64,000 bases of DNA from a virus. The position numbers and the translations under genes were made by a program. Under the pieces are notes generated by a model. That model saw nothing but the letters and a program-made list of their open reading frames with translations. It made no database searches and was not told the DNA's origin. Where the stretch lies: IMG/VR virus record IMGVR_UViG_3300028045_000001, positions 1-64,000 of that record, one strand, 5' to 3'. Positions 10,380-19,085 of the stretch are shown here, in pieces (the stretch's first letter is position 1; each line of letters starts with the position of its first letter).

Positions 10380-10397
10380 GTTGTTTTGTACATAGGG

Positions 10398-10440
10398 CCG
10401 CTACACTGGGAATATCCCAGTGTAGCGGTTCAATTTTTTA
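10398..10440 (+). terminator. intrinsic terminator
   Basis: 13-bp perfect stem CCGCTACACTGGG/CCCAGTGTAGCGG with a 5-nt loop, then TTCAATTTTTT. Confidence 0.8.
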
Positions 10441-10444
10441 TACT

Positions 10445-10454
10445 TATATATTAC
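10445..10454 (+). promoter_or_regulatory. early-promoter-like motif TATATATTAC
   Basis: Exact motif, 65 nt upstream of the ATG at 10510. Confidence 0.55.
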
Positions 10455-10509
10455 ATTTATGAAGCGCTATAAAGTTCATATAAATTTAAATACATTACAG
10501 GAGATTATT

Positions 10510-11067
10510 ATGCAATATGGATATTGTGAAAAATGTGGTCAACTAAGTACAGGCAGGTACCCTTCACGTAAGTGTATGAATGTTGATTGTAAAGGGGAGG
10601 ATGGATACGCCATAGATGAGTTATTCGGGGAATTAATTATCAGGTTACATAGCAATGGTATTGTTACTTCGAATTGTTGTTCCGGACATACTCAACTACG
10701 TGCAAGATCAATAGATACACTTTATATGCAATTTAAAGTATCAGCGGATCGTTTTGATAACACCTTTTTAAAGAGGTGTAATGAAATGGTCCCTAACTTT
10801 CCGGAATGTGACTACAACTTTGAATTATGGTGTAACAAGCAAACCGATGTCACGTACTTCAACCTTGTACTGAAATTAAAATCTAAGGAGGATTCGAAAT
10901 GGCCTACTGAGGCAACTGAACGGCAAATATACCACGTCAGTAATCTTTACAACGTATTATCTGATCCAGGGATGATGCAATTTTTATTTTCATTAACTGA
11001 CGAAGAAGAGAAGCTTAGGTACGCCAGATACAAACTATCAAAGGGCCAAATAGGGGGGCACAAATAA
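10510..11067 (+). CDS. Zn-ribbon / CCSGH-motif family protein, copy 2
   Basis: AGGAG lies 7 nt upstream. Reads MQYGYCEKCG...CMNVDC...IDELFGELIIRLHSNGIVTSNCCSGH. The tracked start at 10459 falls inside the promoter cassette. Confidence 0.65.
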   Translation: MQYGYCEKCGQLSTGRYPSRKCMNVDCKGEDGYAIDELFGELIIRLHSNGIVTSNCCSGHTQLRARSIDTLYMQFKVSADRFDNTFLKRCNEMVPNFPECDYNFELWCNKQTDVTYFNLVLKLKSKEDSKWPTEATERQIYHVSNLYNVLSDPGMMQFLFSLTDEEEKLRYARYKLSKGQIGGHK

Positions 11068-11600
11068 TGAGATGCTTTTATTGTAAGTCATGTGGGGTAG
11101 TACATCGTGCGGGGTACCATCCTACTAATTGTAAAAATATGTGTTGCGATGGGACGGTATATGAGATAGATGAGCTGTTTGCAGAATTGATTGTGAAGTT
11201 ACATGGATTGGGCATAGTCACAACCGAATGTTGTTCTGGCCATGCCCATGATGAAAAATCAATTGGGGCGATATATATTTCATTCGCAGTTAAAGGAGCG
11301 AAGACGGAATTCATCAAAAACCACGTTGTAGTCTCACTTAATAAGCAGGCACACGAAGCTTATAAATTTGAGGTCATAGAAAAGGAGGACGAGTATGAGA
11401 GCACCATTAGACTCTGCGTAAAACCAGAATTTAGTGACGTATACATCAATGATTCCCCAACCTGTACAATTTTGAATCACACTAAGTCTTTCATTGCAAT
11501 GTTACTGTATACTCCAAAAATCATAAAGATGCTGTATAGCTTAACTGGAGAGAAAGAAAAACTTAAATACGCTAGATATAGATGTAAGTTACATGCCTAA
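11067..11600 (+). CDS. Zn-ribbon / CCSGH-motif family protein, copy 3
   Basis: Reads MRCFYCKSCG...C..MCC...IDELFAELIVKLHGLGIVTTECCSGH. The C-terminal LTGEKEKLKYARY is shared with copy 2 (LTDEEEKLRYARY). Confidence 0.65.
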   Translation: MRCFYCKSCGVVHRAGYHPTNCKNMCCDGTVYEIDELFAELIVKLHGLGIVTTECCSGHAHDEKSIGAIYISFAVKGAKTEFIKNHVVVSLNKQAHEAYKFEVIEKEDEYESTIRLCVKPEFSDVYINDSPTCTILNHTKSFIAMLLYTPKIIKMLYSLTGEKEKLKYARYRCKLHA

Positions 11601-11602
11601 CT

Positions 11603-11624
11603 GTATGGGGGACACCCCCCATAC
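11603..11624 (+). terminator. short GC hairpin after the stop codon
   Basis: GTATGGGG / CCCCATAC stem. The T tract only appears about 30 nt further on. Confidence 0.35.
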
Positions 11625-11659
11625 TTCCACAGCTTTGATGTCTTCCAATTTTTTTCATC

Positions 11660-11669
11660 TATATATGAC
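11660..11669 (+). promoter_or_regulatory. early-promoter-like motif variant TATATATGAC
   Basis: One mismatch to the consensus. Preceded by CAATTTTTTTCATC, as at 54204. Lies 91 nt upstream of the ATG at 11751. Confidence 0.45.
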
Positions 11670-11750
11670 TTATATGAACAACAAAGTTTCTATACCGTAC
11701 TAACGTTATCTAAATCATCTATATTTAATTTTTAAATGGAGGTCATCGAC

Positions 11751-12365
11751 ATGAAGAAGGAGTTACTGTTGGCTACAATTGCAATTGTGTGTATTTCCGG
11801 ATGTGATGTTAACCTTGATATTGGGCCTGATGAAAGCACCAGTGGAGATGTCACAAATCCATATGGCGTGCATTCTCATCGTAACGCGGCTGTTCCCAAA
11901 GCCTGGTCTAAATTCTGTGCCCGCTATAATCAACCAATTGCTTCGAAAGACTATGGAAAAAGGTTTCAGGATCTAAGGGAGATCTTTCACCCGCTATTCG
12001 ATAATTTCGATCATGTTGAAGACATAGATCATTGGGGAGTCGAAGAGCAATGGGATATCATGCCTGACGACGATCTTCGTGGGGATTGTGAGGACTTTGC
12101 ACTTACCCTAAGGGCTCGACTTATTAGAAATGGATTTCCCATGCATGATGTCCGCATTGCTACTTGTCATATATTGAGGAAAGGCAAGCCTATGCATCAC
12201 GCGGTCGCTTTGGTTGAGGTCGATAGAGGTGATGTCTATGTGGTTGATCCAAGTGGAATATATAAATTTAAAGAGTATCGAGTAGTGTCCTGGAATAAGG
12301 TATTGGATGAGAGTGGCATATATTGGGTCATGATAGATAATATCCCAGGTACAATCAAACTTTAG
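11751..12365 (+). CDS. LapG/BTLCP-like transglutaminase-fold cysteine protease lipoprotein, paralog 1
   Basis: Lipobox ISGC with Asp at +2. Has the WG.EEQWDIMPDDDLRGDCEDFALTLR nucleophile motif, then HHAV and VVD (C-H-D). Confidence 0.7.
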   Translation: MKKELLLATIAIVCISGCDVNLDIGPDESTSGDVTNPYGVHSHRNAAVPKAWSKFCARYNQPIASKDYGKRFQDLREIFHPLFDNFDHVEDIDHWGVEEQWDIMPDDDLRGDCEDFALTLRARLIRNGFPMHDVRIATCHILRKGKPMHHAVALVEVDRGDVYVVDPSGIYKFKEYRVVSWNKVLDESGIYWVMIDNIPGTIKL

Positions 12366-12366
12366 G

Positions 12367-12415
12367 GGTAGAGGGAGAGCATGCTCTCCCTCTACCTGAA
12401 CTCATTATTTTTTTT
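12367..12415 (+). terminator. intrinsic terminator
   Basis: 30-nt perfect palindrome GGTAGAGGGAGAGCATGCTCTCCCTCTACC, followed by a T8 tract. Confidence 0.8.
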
Positions 12416-12418
12416 ATT

Positions 12419-12428
12419 TATATGTTAC
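12419..12428 (+). promoter_or_regulatory. early-promoter-like motif variant TATATGTTAC
   Basis: One mismatch. A T tract lies immediately upstream. Lies 64 nt before the ATG at 12483. Confidence 0.45.
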
Positions 12429-12482
12429 AATCATAGTACAACGATGGTATGTGAAATTTAATTTATAGGGAGTAAAAAAAAT

Positions 12483-13520
12483 ATGGTAGCCAATATTGAA
12501 AAAATTTTAAGCACGATAGTTAGTGAATATAAATCATGGTGTCAAAAAAATAATGTTAAAGATTTTAATAATGAAGATTATAAATATTGTTTTATTGCGG
12601 ATTTTTTTAAACTTAATTCACAAGAACGACGCTTCACTGTTTTAATATCAAAGAAATGCTTAGAAGTATGTGAAGTCATACTCTATGGGGAATCTTTTGA
12701 ATATATGAAAAACGAAGAAAATTCTCTTTGGTTTTATACGGTAATAAATATGACATTCATGGAAAATTTACTTAACTGGGGTACTTCTATTCGTGTAGCA
12801 TGGTTTGAAATTGATGAGAAAGAATATTGTTTTACACATTTCACTCTTAATCTTGATATAGAATCATGGGGAGATTTTATTAAAGCGACTCGTGAATTTA
12901 CAAGAATGAGCTTAACGCCCACAGACTCAGTTGGATCTATAAATACAATTACATATGAAATGGGTTGTAGAATAGCAAAGGATATAATAAAATATTCTAA
13001 AACCAATGATTTATTATTTAAAGTAAAACAAATATTAGTGCGACTGCAGCACATAATGTTTAGCTTTAAAATAAATAAAAGATTTGTATTGACCAGCGAT
13101 AAGAACTTAAAAAATTATAATAATATAAAAATATATTTAATAGATAATACAGAACCACTTAATAGTTGTATATCGCATCTTGATCCAGATGATGTATTTA
13201 CAACGATACCACTTGACCGATTTTATTCGTTTGAAGAAGTAATTGATTCAACTACATTATGTATAAATGTATTGTCTGAAAAAGATTTAATCATTGCGTC
13301 TGGAATATATAGTTTTATTGGAAGCTGCTTATACAACGAATTTAGTATCGATTGTGTTGAAGATAGATGTATAGATGATTCTTATAAAATGCGCTTGCTG
13401 CAAAGCAAAGAAAAAAAGACACTATGTATAGAAAAGGGAGACTATGGCGAAAGGGGTCGTTTATATATAGATGATCTTGTCTATGTCACTATAGAAAATA
13501 TAGACGAAGTTAAATTTTAA
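12483..13520 (+). CDS. hypothetical protein (345 aa), very AT-rich gene
   Basis: The N-terminal 140 aa are paralogous to the next ORF (KKCLEVCEVILY, EENSLW, ESWGDFIKATREF). The C-terminal half resembles the N-terminal domain of the 8250 protein. Confidence 0.6.
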   Translation: MVANIEKILSTIVSEYKSWCQKNNVKDFNNEDYKYCFIADFFKLNSQERRFTVLISKKCLEVCEVILYGESFEYMKNEENSLWFYTVINMTFMENLLNWGTSIRVAWFEIDEKEYCFTHFTLNLDIESWGDFIKATREFTRMSLTPTDSVGSINTITYEMGCRIAKDIIKYSKTNDLLFKVKQILVRLQHIMFSFKINKRFVLTSDKNLKNYNNIKIYLIDNTEPLNSCISHLDPDDVFTTIPLDRFYSFEEVIDSTTLCINVLSEKDLIIASGIYSFIGSCLYNEFSIDCVEDRCIDDSYKMRLLQSKEKKTLCIEKGDYGERGRLYIDDLVYVTIENIDEVKF

Positions 13521-13536
13521 TCCAAGGAAAATGCGT

Positions 13537-14031
13537 ATGTCAGATAATATTAAAAAATACCTAGATGTACTAATTAAACAATATGAAGAATGGATTAAAG
13601 GTAGCGACTATTATGAGGCATGGGTTGAAGAAAATAAATATATTGAAAATTTTAATGATGTAGATTATAAATATTATTTCATTTCAGATGTTTTTGAATT
13701 TACTACATATGAAAATTACTACTCTGCATTAATGGCAAAAAAATGTCTGGAGGTATGTGAAACTATACTCTATAAGAATTTTGAATACATCAAAAATGAA
13801 GAAAATGCGCTATGGTATAACATAATAATTAATATGCCAATTTTAAATGATAAACTTAATTTAAATTCATCTATTCATGAAATACGATTTGAGATTGATG
13901 GGGGGACTAAATATGAAAGTTATTGGTTTCCATATAAATTAACTACTGAATCATGGGGAGAATTCATTAAAGCAATCCGCGAGTTTATACAAACGGAATT
14001 TTATAAACATAATGCACATATTGTAGTATAA
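13537..14031 (+). CDS. hypothetical protein, paralog of the N-terminal half of 12483..13520
   Basis: AAGGA lies 8 nt upstream of the ATG at 13537 (the alternative ATG at 13531 is only 2 nt from the RBS). Shares KKCLEVCETILY, EENALW and ESWGEFIKAIREF. Confidence 0.6.
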   Translation: MSDNIKKYLDVLIKQYEEWIKGSDYYEAWVEENKYIENFNDVDYKYYFISDVFEFTTYENYYSALMAKKCLEVCETILYKNFEYIKNEENALWYNIIINMPILNDKLNLNSSIHEIRFEIDGGTKYESYWFPYKLTTESWGEFIKAIREFIQTEFYKHNAHIVV

Positions 14032-14053
14032 ATGTCTTTCAATGTTTATTAGT

Positions 14054-14063
14054 TATATATAAC
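14054..14063 (+). promoter_or_regulatory. promoter-like motif variant TATATATAAC inside a 45-nt conserved block
   Basis: TGTCTTTCAATGTTTATTAGTTATATATAACTTGACTGAAAGAAG is nearly identical to the block at 15772-15815. Lies 71 nt before the ATG at 14125. Confidence 0.5.
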
Positions 14064-14124
14064 TTGACTGAAAGAAGGAAAGTATATAACTAATAAACTT
14101 AAATACATTGGAGGACACACTATC

Positions 14125-14739
14125 ATGAAAAAGAATATCTTAAATGCAATAGTTGTAATTTTTGTAGTATTGAATATGGTTGCTTGCGATAGCTCAGCCG
14201 ATGGAGATCAATCTCGATCTGGATCTTATAACAATCAAGTATCCAGGATCAAAGCTTATGATGAGTTCTTAGAGAGAGCAGGTCACGAAGTCCCAACAGC
14301 TCCTGAAAAATCCACTGCTGATCTTCAAAGAGTTTATAATGAACTTAGAGACAACTTCACTTACATGAGCGATAAGGAACAATACAATGTAGAAGATTAT
14401 TGGACCATCATGTCAGATGACAATCTTGTTGGAGATGCCGAAGACTTTGTGTTGACTCTTCGTAAGAAACTGATGGATGATGGGTTTAGACTGGCTAATG
14501 CACGAATAGCGCGATGCTATGTCCCAAGAGAAGACAATAAGTATGACTCTAAATACGTCAGCATCAACCATACTGTGCTTCTTGTAGAAGTCGAAATGGG
14601 TAGAGTGTATGTTGTAGATTCAGATGCCCATTATGATTTTTATAACTTTCCTGTGGTAGAGTGGGCTGACATGCTTGATGAAACTGGTGACTATTGGGTC
14701 AAGTTGGATATCCCTGGAAACAGCGATCGGATGATGTAA
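14125..14739 (+). CDS. BTLCP-like lipoprotein, paralog 2 (nucleophile Cys replaced by Ala)
   Basis: Lipobox MVAC with Asp at +2. The motif reads VGDAEDFVLTLR (GCC codon at 14437-14439) where its paralogs have GDCEDFA. His (NHTV) and Asp (VVD) are retained. Confidence 0.7.
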   Translation: MKKNILNAIVVIFVVLNMVACDSSADGDQSRSGSYNNQVSRIKAYDEFLERAGHEVPTAPEKSTADLQRVYNELRDNFTYMSDKEQYNVEDYWTIMSDDNLVGDAEDFVLTLRKKLMDDGFRLANARIARCYVPREDNKYDSKYVSINHTVLLVEVEMGRVYVVDSDAHYDFYNFPVVEWADMLDETGDYWVKLDIPGNSDRMM

Positions 14740-14743
14740 TAAC

Positions 14744-14801
14744 TATACAGGTACTGGGCGATATCGCCCAGTACCTGTATACAAATAAACATTATTTTTT
14801 T
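14744..14801 (+). terminator. intrinsic terminator
   Basis: Perfect 38-nt palindrome TATACAGGTACTGGGCGAT/ATCGCCCAGTACCTGTATA, then a T7 tract. Confidence 0.8.
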
Positions 14802-14839
14802 ACCATGTACTGATGTGCCGTCTTTCAATAAACCTTGGT

Positions 14840-14849
14840 TATATATAAC
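14840..14849 (+). promoter_or_regulatory. promoter-like motif variant TATATATAAC
   Basis: Same variant as at 14054 and 15790. Lies 65 nt before the ATG at 14905. Confidence 0.45.
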
Positions 14850-14904
14850 TTATATGAGGAATAAAAAATTATACAATCAATTTAACTACATTGGAGGACG
14901 GACT

Positions 14905-15702
14905 ATGAAAAAGAATATATTAATTGCGATATCTACACTATTCATGATGTTTACTATGGTTGCTTGTGATGGGAGCAGTGGTGGGGGTGGTGCCTCCGGC
15001 GATGACCTATCGGATTCCGGCGAGCTCACCGGAGATCTTGGCACAGACATCATCATAGATCAATATGTTGGGAACACTACTCCGATTATATCCGTTGGTC
15101 AACCAACTGGACGAGTGCGGGCGTATGATGATTTCTTAAGAAGGGATGGGCAGGATGTTCCAGTGGCTCCGAATAAAAATTCGTTTGATCTGAAAAAAGC
15201 GCATAAGGCATTCAGAAAAAAATTCACCTACATGCACGACATAGATAAATACGGTGTAGATGAATATTGGACTATTATGCCTGATGATGATCTTGTTGGG
15301 GATTGCGAAGACTTTGCTCTAACCTTTCGTGAGAAATTAATTGAAGCTGGATTTACTCCACCAAACGTTAGGATAGCAACCTGCGTAATGCCAAATGGAT
15401 ATAGAGATAATAGCCATCAGACTTATCATGCTGTACTCATCGTAGAAGTTTTTTGGGGTGAGGTGTATGTAGTAGATTCCAAGAGATGTTTGAAGTTCGA
15501 TAGCTTTAAAGTAATAGAGTGGGATAAAGTACTTGATGAAACTGGCAACTATTGGGTCAAGATGCGCATACCTAAGGATAAAGGAAATGGCGATCCAGGT
15601 AATGATAATAAAATTGAAGAAGAGGAAACCGAGAAGGAGGACATGGAAGACGACGAACGAAAAGATGGTCCAATAGGCTATTATGATAGACACTATGCAT
15701 AA
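14905..15702 (+). CDS. BTLCP-like cysteine protease lipoprotein, paralog 3
   Basis: GGAGG RBS. Lipobox MVAC with Asp at +2. A Gly/Asp-rich linker is followed by VGDCEDFALTFR, YHAV and VVD, then an acidic C-terminal tail. The tracked start at 14815 lies in the promoter cassette. Confidence 0.7.
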   Translation: MKKNILIAISTLFMMFTMVACDGSSGGGGASGDDLSDSGELTGDLGTDIIIDQYVGNTTPIISVGQPTGRVRAYDDFLRRDGQDVPVAPNKNSFDLKKAHKAFRKKFTYMHDIDKYGVDEYWTIMPDDDLVGDCEDFALTFREKLIEAGFTPPNVRIATCVMPNGYRDNSHQTYHAVLIVEVFWGEVYVVDSKRCLKFDSFKVIEWDKVLDETGNYWVKMRIPKDKGNGDPGNDNKIEEEETEKEDMEDDERKDGPIGYYDRHYA

Positions 15703-15709
15703 TTCAATC

Positions 15710-15766
15710 CTTACATGTTGTTGACCACACTTGGTCAACAACATGTAAGAATCATTTATTTTTTTT
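15710..15766 (+). terminator. intrinsic terminator
   Basis: 18-bp perfect stem CTTACATGTTGTTGACCA/TGGTCAACAACATGTAAG with a 4-nt loop, then a T8 tract. Confidence 0.8.
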
Positions 15767-15789
15767 AATGTCTTTCAATGTTTATTGGT

Positions 15790-15799
15790 TATATATAAC
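15790..15799 (+). promoter_or_regulatory. promoter-like motif variant TATATATAAC in the conserved 45-nt block
   Basis: Nearly identical to the block at 14030-14075. Lies 63 nt before the ATG at 15853. Confidence 0.5.
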
Positions 15800-15852
15800 T
15801 TGACTGAAAGAAGTAAAATATAAAACTAATTTAACTATATTGGAGGATGACA

Positions 15853-16470
15853 ATGAAAACAAATTTTATCAATACAATGATAATAATTACTGTAATGTTC
15901 GCTACAGCTGCATGTAAAGAAGATGCATCTATTAGTGATTATATGAATAGCGACGCCACCACAGCAGTTGAATCCATGGGTCGACCAACAAGAAGGGTTA
16001 GGGCTTATGATGACTTCTTAAAAAGAACTGGTAAGAAAGTTAATGCCATTCCAAAAAAGAACTCATTCGATCTTATACGAGTATACGACGAGCTCAGAGA
16101 TAATTTTACTTATATGCGCGACATGGAACAATACGGTGTGGAAGAATACTGGACTGTTATGTCGGACGATGATCCTGTTGGGGATTGTGAAGACTTTGCT
16201 CTAACTCTTCGTGCACGATTGATAGCCGATGGGTTCTCTCCAGTGAATGTCAGGATTGCAACTTGTTACGTACCAACCTCGTATACTAAATCCGATGATC
16301 CAGAAAAGCGACTGAATCATGCAGTTCTTATAGTTGAAATTAATAATGGCCAAGTGTATGTAGTTGATAATGGAGACCACTATAAGTTTCATGAATTTGA
16401 GGTAATTAACTGGGACCGCATGCTTGATGAGACTGGAAATTATTGGGTCAATATGAACGTGTCCAGCTAA
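15853..16470 (+). CDS. BTLCP-like cysteine protease lipoprotein, paralog 4
   Basis: GGAGGA lies 5 nt upstream. Lipobox TAAC (+2 Lys). Has VGDCEDFALTLR, NHAV and VVD. Confidence 0.7.
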   Translation: MKTNFINTMIIITVMFATAACKEDASISDYMNSDATTAVESMGRPTRRVRAYDDFLKRTGKKVNAIPKKNSFDLIRVYDELRDNFTYMRDMEQYGVEEYWTVMSDDDPVGDCEDFALTLRARLIADGFSPVNVRIATCYVPTSYTKSDDPEKRLNHAVLIVEINNGQVYVVDNGDHYKFHEFEVINWDRMLDETGNYWVNMNVSS

Positions 16471-16483
16471 AGATTAGACCTAA

Positions 16484-16526
16484 TGTAGGGTGGGCAATAT
16501 GCCCACCCTGTAGTGTATTTTTTTAT
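16484..16526 (+). terminator. intrinsic terminator
   Basis: AGGGTGGGC/GCCCACCCT stem extended by G-U pairs, with a 5-nt loop, then a T7 tract. Confidence 0.7.
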
Positions 16527-16554
16527 ATTTCTATAAAACTAATTGGAGGATGTT

Positions 16555-17157
16555 ATGAAAGGGATCTTTATAAACGTGACCCTAATTGGCCTACTGCTAC
16601 TTGGACTCGCTTGCGAAGAAACAGAAGTTACCCATTCAAAAATAGGTAAGCATAATAGATGGAGGCATGCCGGGTACGATGACTTTCTTAAGACACGTGG
16701 GCAAAAAATTTTCGATAACCCAAAGAAGTTCCTTGTCGATTTTCGAAAGATATACGACGAGCTTAGAGATAATTTCACGTATATGGGTGACGAAGAACAG
16801 TATGGCAAAGAAGACTATTGGACCATTATGCCTGACGACAATCTGGTTGGGGATGATGAGGATTTTGTGCTAACCCTCAGAGAAAGATTAGTTAGTAGTG
16901 GTTTTAATAAAGCTAACGTAAGGATTGCCAGATGTTATAAACCGAGGGAGGATAATAAATATGATTCGGAGTACCTTATGTTCAATCATGTTGTGGCCCT
17001 TGTTGAAATTGAAATGGGAAGGTTGCTTGTAGCAGATACAGATGACTACTACAACTTCTATCGTTTTCCAGTAGTCAGTTGGTACGACATGCTTGATGAG
17101 ACTGGCGACTATTGGGTCAAGTTGGATATGCCAGGAAATTCGGACAAAATGGAATAA
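16555..17157 (+). CDS. BTLCP-like lipoprotein, paralog 5 (nucleophile Cys replaced by Asp)
   Basis: GGAGGA RBS. Lipobox GLAC (+2 Glu). The motif reads VGDDEDFVLTLR (GAT at 16855-16857). Shares the REDNKYDS insert and the ...DETGDYWVKLD.PGNSD tail with paralog 2. Confidence 0.7.
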   Translation: MKGIFINVTLIGLLLLGLACEETEVTHSKIGKHNRWRHAGYDDFLKTRGQKIFDNPKKFLVDFRKIYDELRDNFTYMGDEEQYGKEDYWTIMPDDNLVGDDEDFVLTLRERLVSSGFNKANVRIARCYKPREDNKYDSEYLMFNHVVALVEIEMGRLLVADTDDYYNFYRFPVVSWYDMLDETGDYWVKLDMPGNSDKME

Positions 17158-17159
17158 CT

Positions 17160-17187
17160 ACAACGCCTGGACATGTCCAGGCGTTGT
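17160..17187 (+). terminator. hairpin between paralogs 5 and 6
   Basis: 28-nt palindrome ACAACGCCTGGACATGTCCAGGCGTTGT. No clear T tract, so it may be only a partial terminator or a processing site. Confidence 0.5.
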
Positions 17188-17219
17188 GTAACTTATTTAA
17201 ATACATTGGAGGACATGTC

Positions 17220-17861
17220 ATGAAAAATAAAATTATCAGTATGATGTTAATGGGTGCAATTGTCCTTAATGTAGTTGCATGTGTAGAAGTGACAACTACC
17301 ACAACTACTACAGCTACTGGCGAACCTATTGTAATGGGCGACTACGATATCTCAGGTAATGAAACCCCACTCGAATACATTGATCGACCTTCAAGGAGAG
17401 TTCGATTTTATGATGATTTTTTGAGAAGGACTAATAAGAAAGTTCCCTTAAGTCCTAAAAAGAATGTTGGTGATCTTAAAAAAATATATAAGAAACTTAG
17501 GTCTACTTTTACCTATGTGTCTGACATAAATCAATATGGTGTGGATGATCATTGGGTAGTTATGCCGGACAATAATCGCACAGGGGACTGTGAGGATTTT
17601 GCTTTGACTCTTCGTGAAAAGTTAATTGCAGATGGGTTTGAAAAATCCAACGTGAGATTCGCCACGTGTTACACTCCTAAAAAATATGAGGAAGATGCAA
17701 AGAACAATTACCATGCGGTCCTTATTGTTGAGTTATTTTGGGGAAAAGTGTATGTTGTGGATTATAAGTATTGTGTAGAGTTTCGTAAATTCCCTGTTGA
17801 GAAATGGGATCATGTATTAGATGAGACGGGGAAGTATTGGATCCGGATGGAGATTCGTTAA
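17220..17861 (+). CDS. BTLCP-like cysteine protease lipoprotein, paralog 6
   Basis: GGAGGA RBS. Lipobox VVAC (+2 Val). A Thr-rich linker is followed by TGDCEDFALTLR, YHAV and VVD. Confidence 0.7.
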   Translation: MKNKIISMMLMGAIVLNVVACVEVTTTTTTTATGEPIVMGDYDISGNETPLEYIDRPSRRVRFYDDFLRRTNKKVPLSPKKNVGDLKKIYKKLRSTFTYVSDINQYGVDDHWVVMPDNNRTGDCEDFALTLREKLIADGFEKSNVRFATCYTPKKYEEDAKNNYHAVLIVELFWGKVYVVDYKYCVEFRKFPVEKWDHVLDETGKYWIRMEIR

Positions 17862-17906
17862 TTGTTAACGAAATAAATAATAAATTTTAAACGGGGGGTG
17901 TTTAGT

Positions 17907-18962
17907 ATGGCAGAAGAAGCGTATGAAGAAGAGCTGCATTTATTAGCCCTTATGAAAAAACTATTCACGATGGGCGTTGTTTGTTGCAGTGTTGTTTGGG
18001 CAGGATTTAATGTTTGCAGCACTGTCTGGGATTGGGGCAAGGCAAAGTATGAGACACACAAGCAACAATCCCATACTGAGAAACGGTATCTACGACGAAT
18101 GAAATCACTCGTTGCCAGCTACAATGCTCTCGAATCACAAGTTGCCAAAAACGATAGACGATTAACTGAAATTGAAGGAACGATGACCAGTAAATCCGTT
18201 GGACGAACTTCGAACTCATCTAAGGTCAAACTGTGGCCAAGTAATACTATCAGATACCACATTGATGAGAAAATTGAGGATTGGGATTTAACCCAAATGA
18301 TCGATGAGGCATTTGAAAAAATAAGTGAGAATACTTGTTTAAAATTTCATAAGCTTCCGATACTTTGGAAGGATAGGAGTAGCTTTCTGCTAATCACATT
18401 GACGGAGAGTGACGAGGACTATCCTAATGCGACATTGGGCTATTCGCAAAGAAATCAAGTTGAATTGAGTATGTATTCTGAATTTGATACTGTATACCAT
18501 GAGTTTCTACATGCACTTGGATTGCCCCATGAACACCAAAGACCTGATGCTGAAATAGTCGTTAATTTTGATAACCTTGAAGGTGATAGTACTTGGTACA
18601 GAAAATATCCAAAAGATATGTACCCATACCCTTTGGATAAATTCATCTTTGATGCTGACTCCATTATGGCATATTGCTCATATAGCGAGACAACACAACG
18701 AGGGAAGAAAACTATTAATTACGGGAGAGCGCAGGGGTCACTCAGTCCCACTCCAATTGACTACATGAAGATCAATTGTATGTACTGTGGCTCTAATCCT
18801 CCACCGAAAGAGACCCAGTGGTACATGGCACTACTGAACAGGTATTCCCATAAAGGCTCACCAAAGAAGTTGAAGGTGGTCATAGAAGGGGAAGATGGCG
18901 AACGTGATGTACTTGTCACTTTAGATGAAATGGCATCTTTTGGTAATAAAAAAGAATACTGA
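17907..18962 (+). CDS. astacin-like (M12A) zinc metalloprotease with N-terminal membrane anchor
   Basis: Full astacin signature HEFLHALGLPHEHQRPD (HExxHxxGxxHE) and the Met-turn SIMAY. Has an N-terminal hydrophobic segment LFTMGVVCCSVVWAGF. Confidence 0.75.
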   Translation: MAEEAYEEELHLLALMKKLFTMGVVCCSVVWAGFNVCSTVWDWGKAKYETHKQQSHTEKRYLRRMKSLVASYNALESQVAKNDRRLTEIEGTMTSKSVGRTSNSSKVKLWPSNTIRYHIDEKIEDWDLTQMIDEAFEKISENTCLKFHKLPILWKDRSSFLLITLTESDEDYPNATLGYSQRNQVELSMYSEFDTVYHEFLHALGLPHEHQRPDAEIVVNFDNLEGDSTWYRKYPKDMYPYPLDKFIFDADSIMAYCSYSETTQRGKKTINYGRAQGSLSPTPIDYMKINCMYCGSNPPPKETQWYMALLNRYSHKGSPKKLKVVIEGEDGERDVLVTLDEMASFGNKKEY

Positions 18963-19085
18963 TAGTTACATGACCGGGAAAACAGATCCTCTTGGCGGCT
19001 GGTATAGTGAAGGTATAATGGGATTTGTGAGAATAGAAGACATGATAGATTTTAGTAGGTAAATTAAAACGAAAGGAGACGTAAA

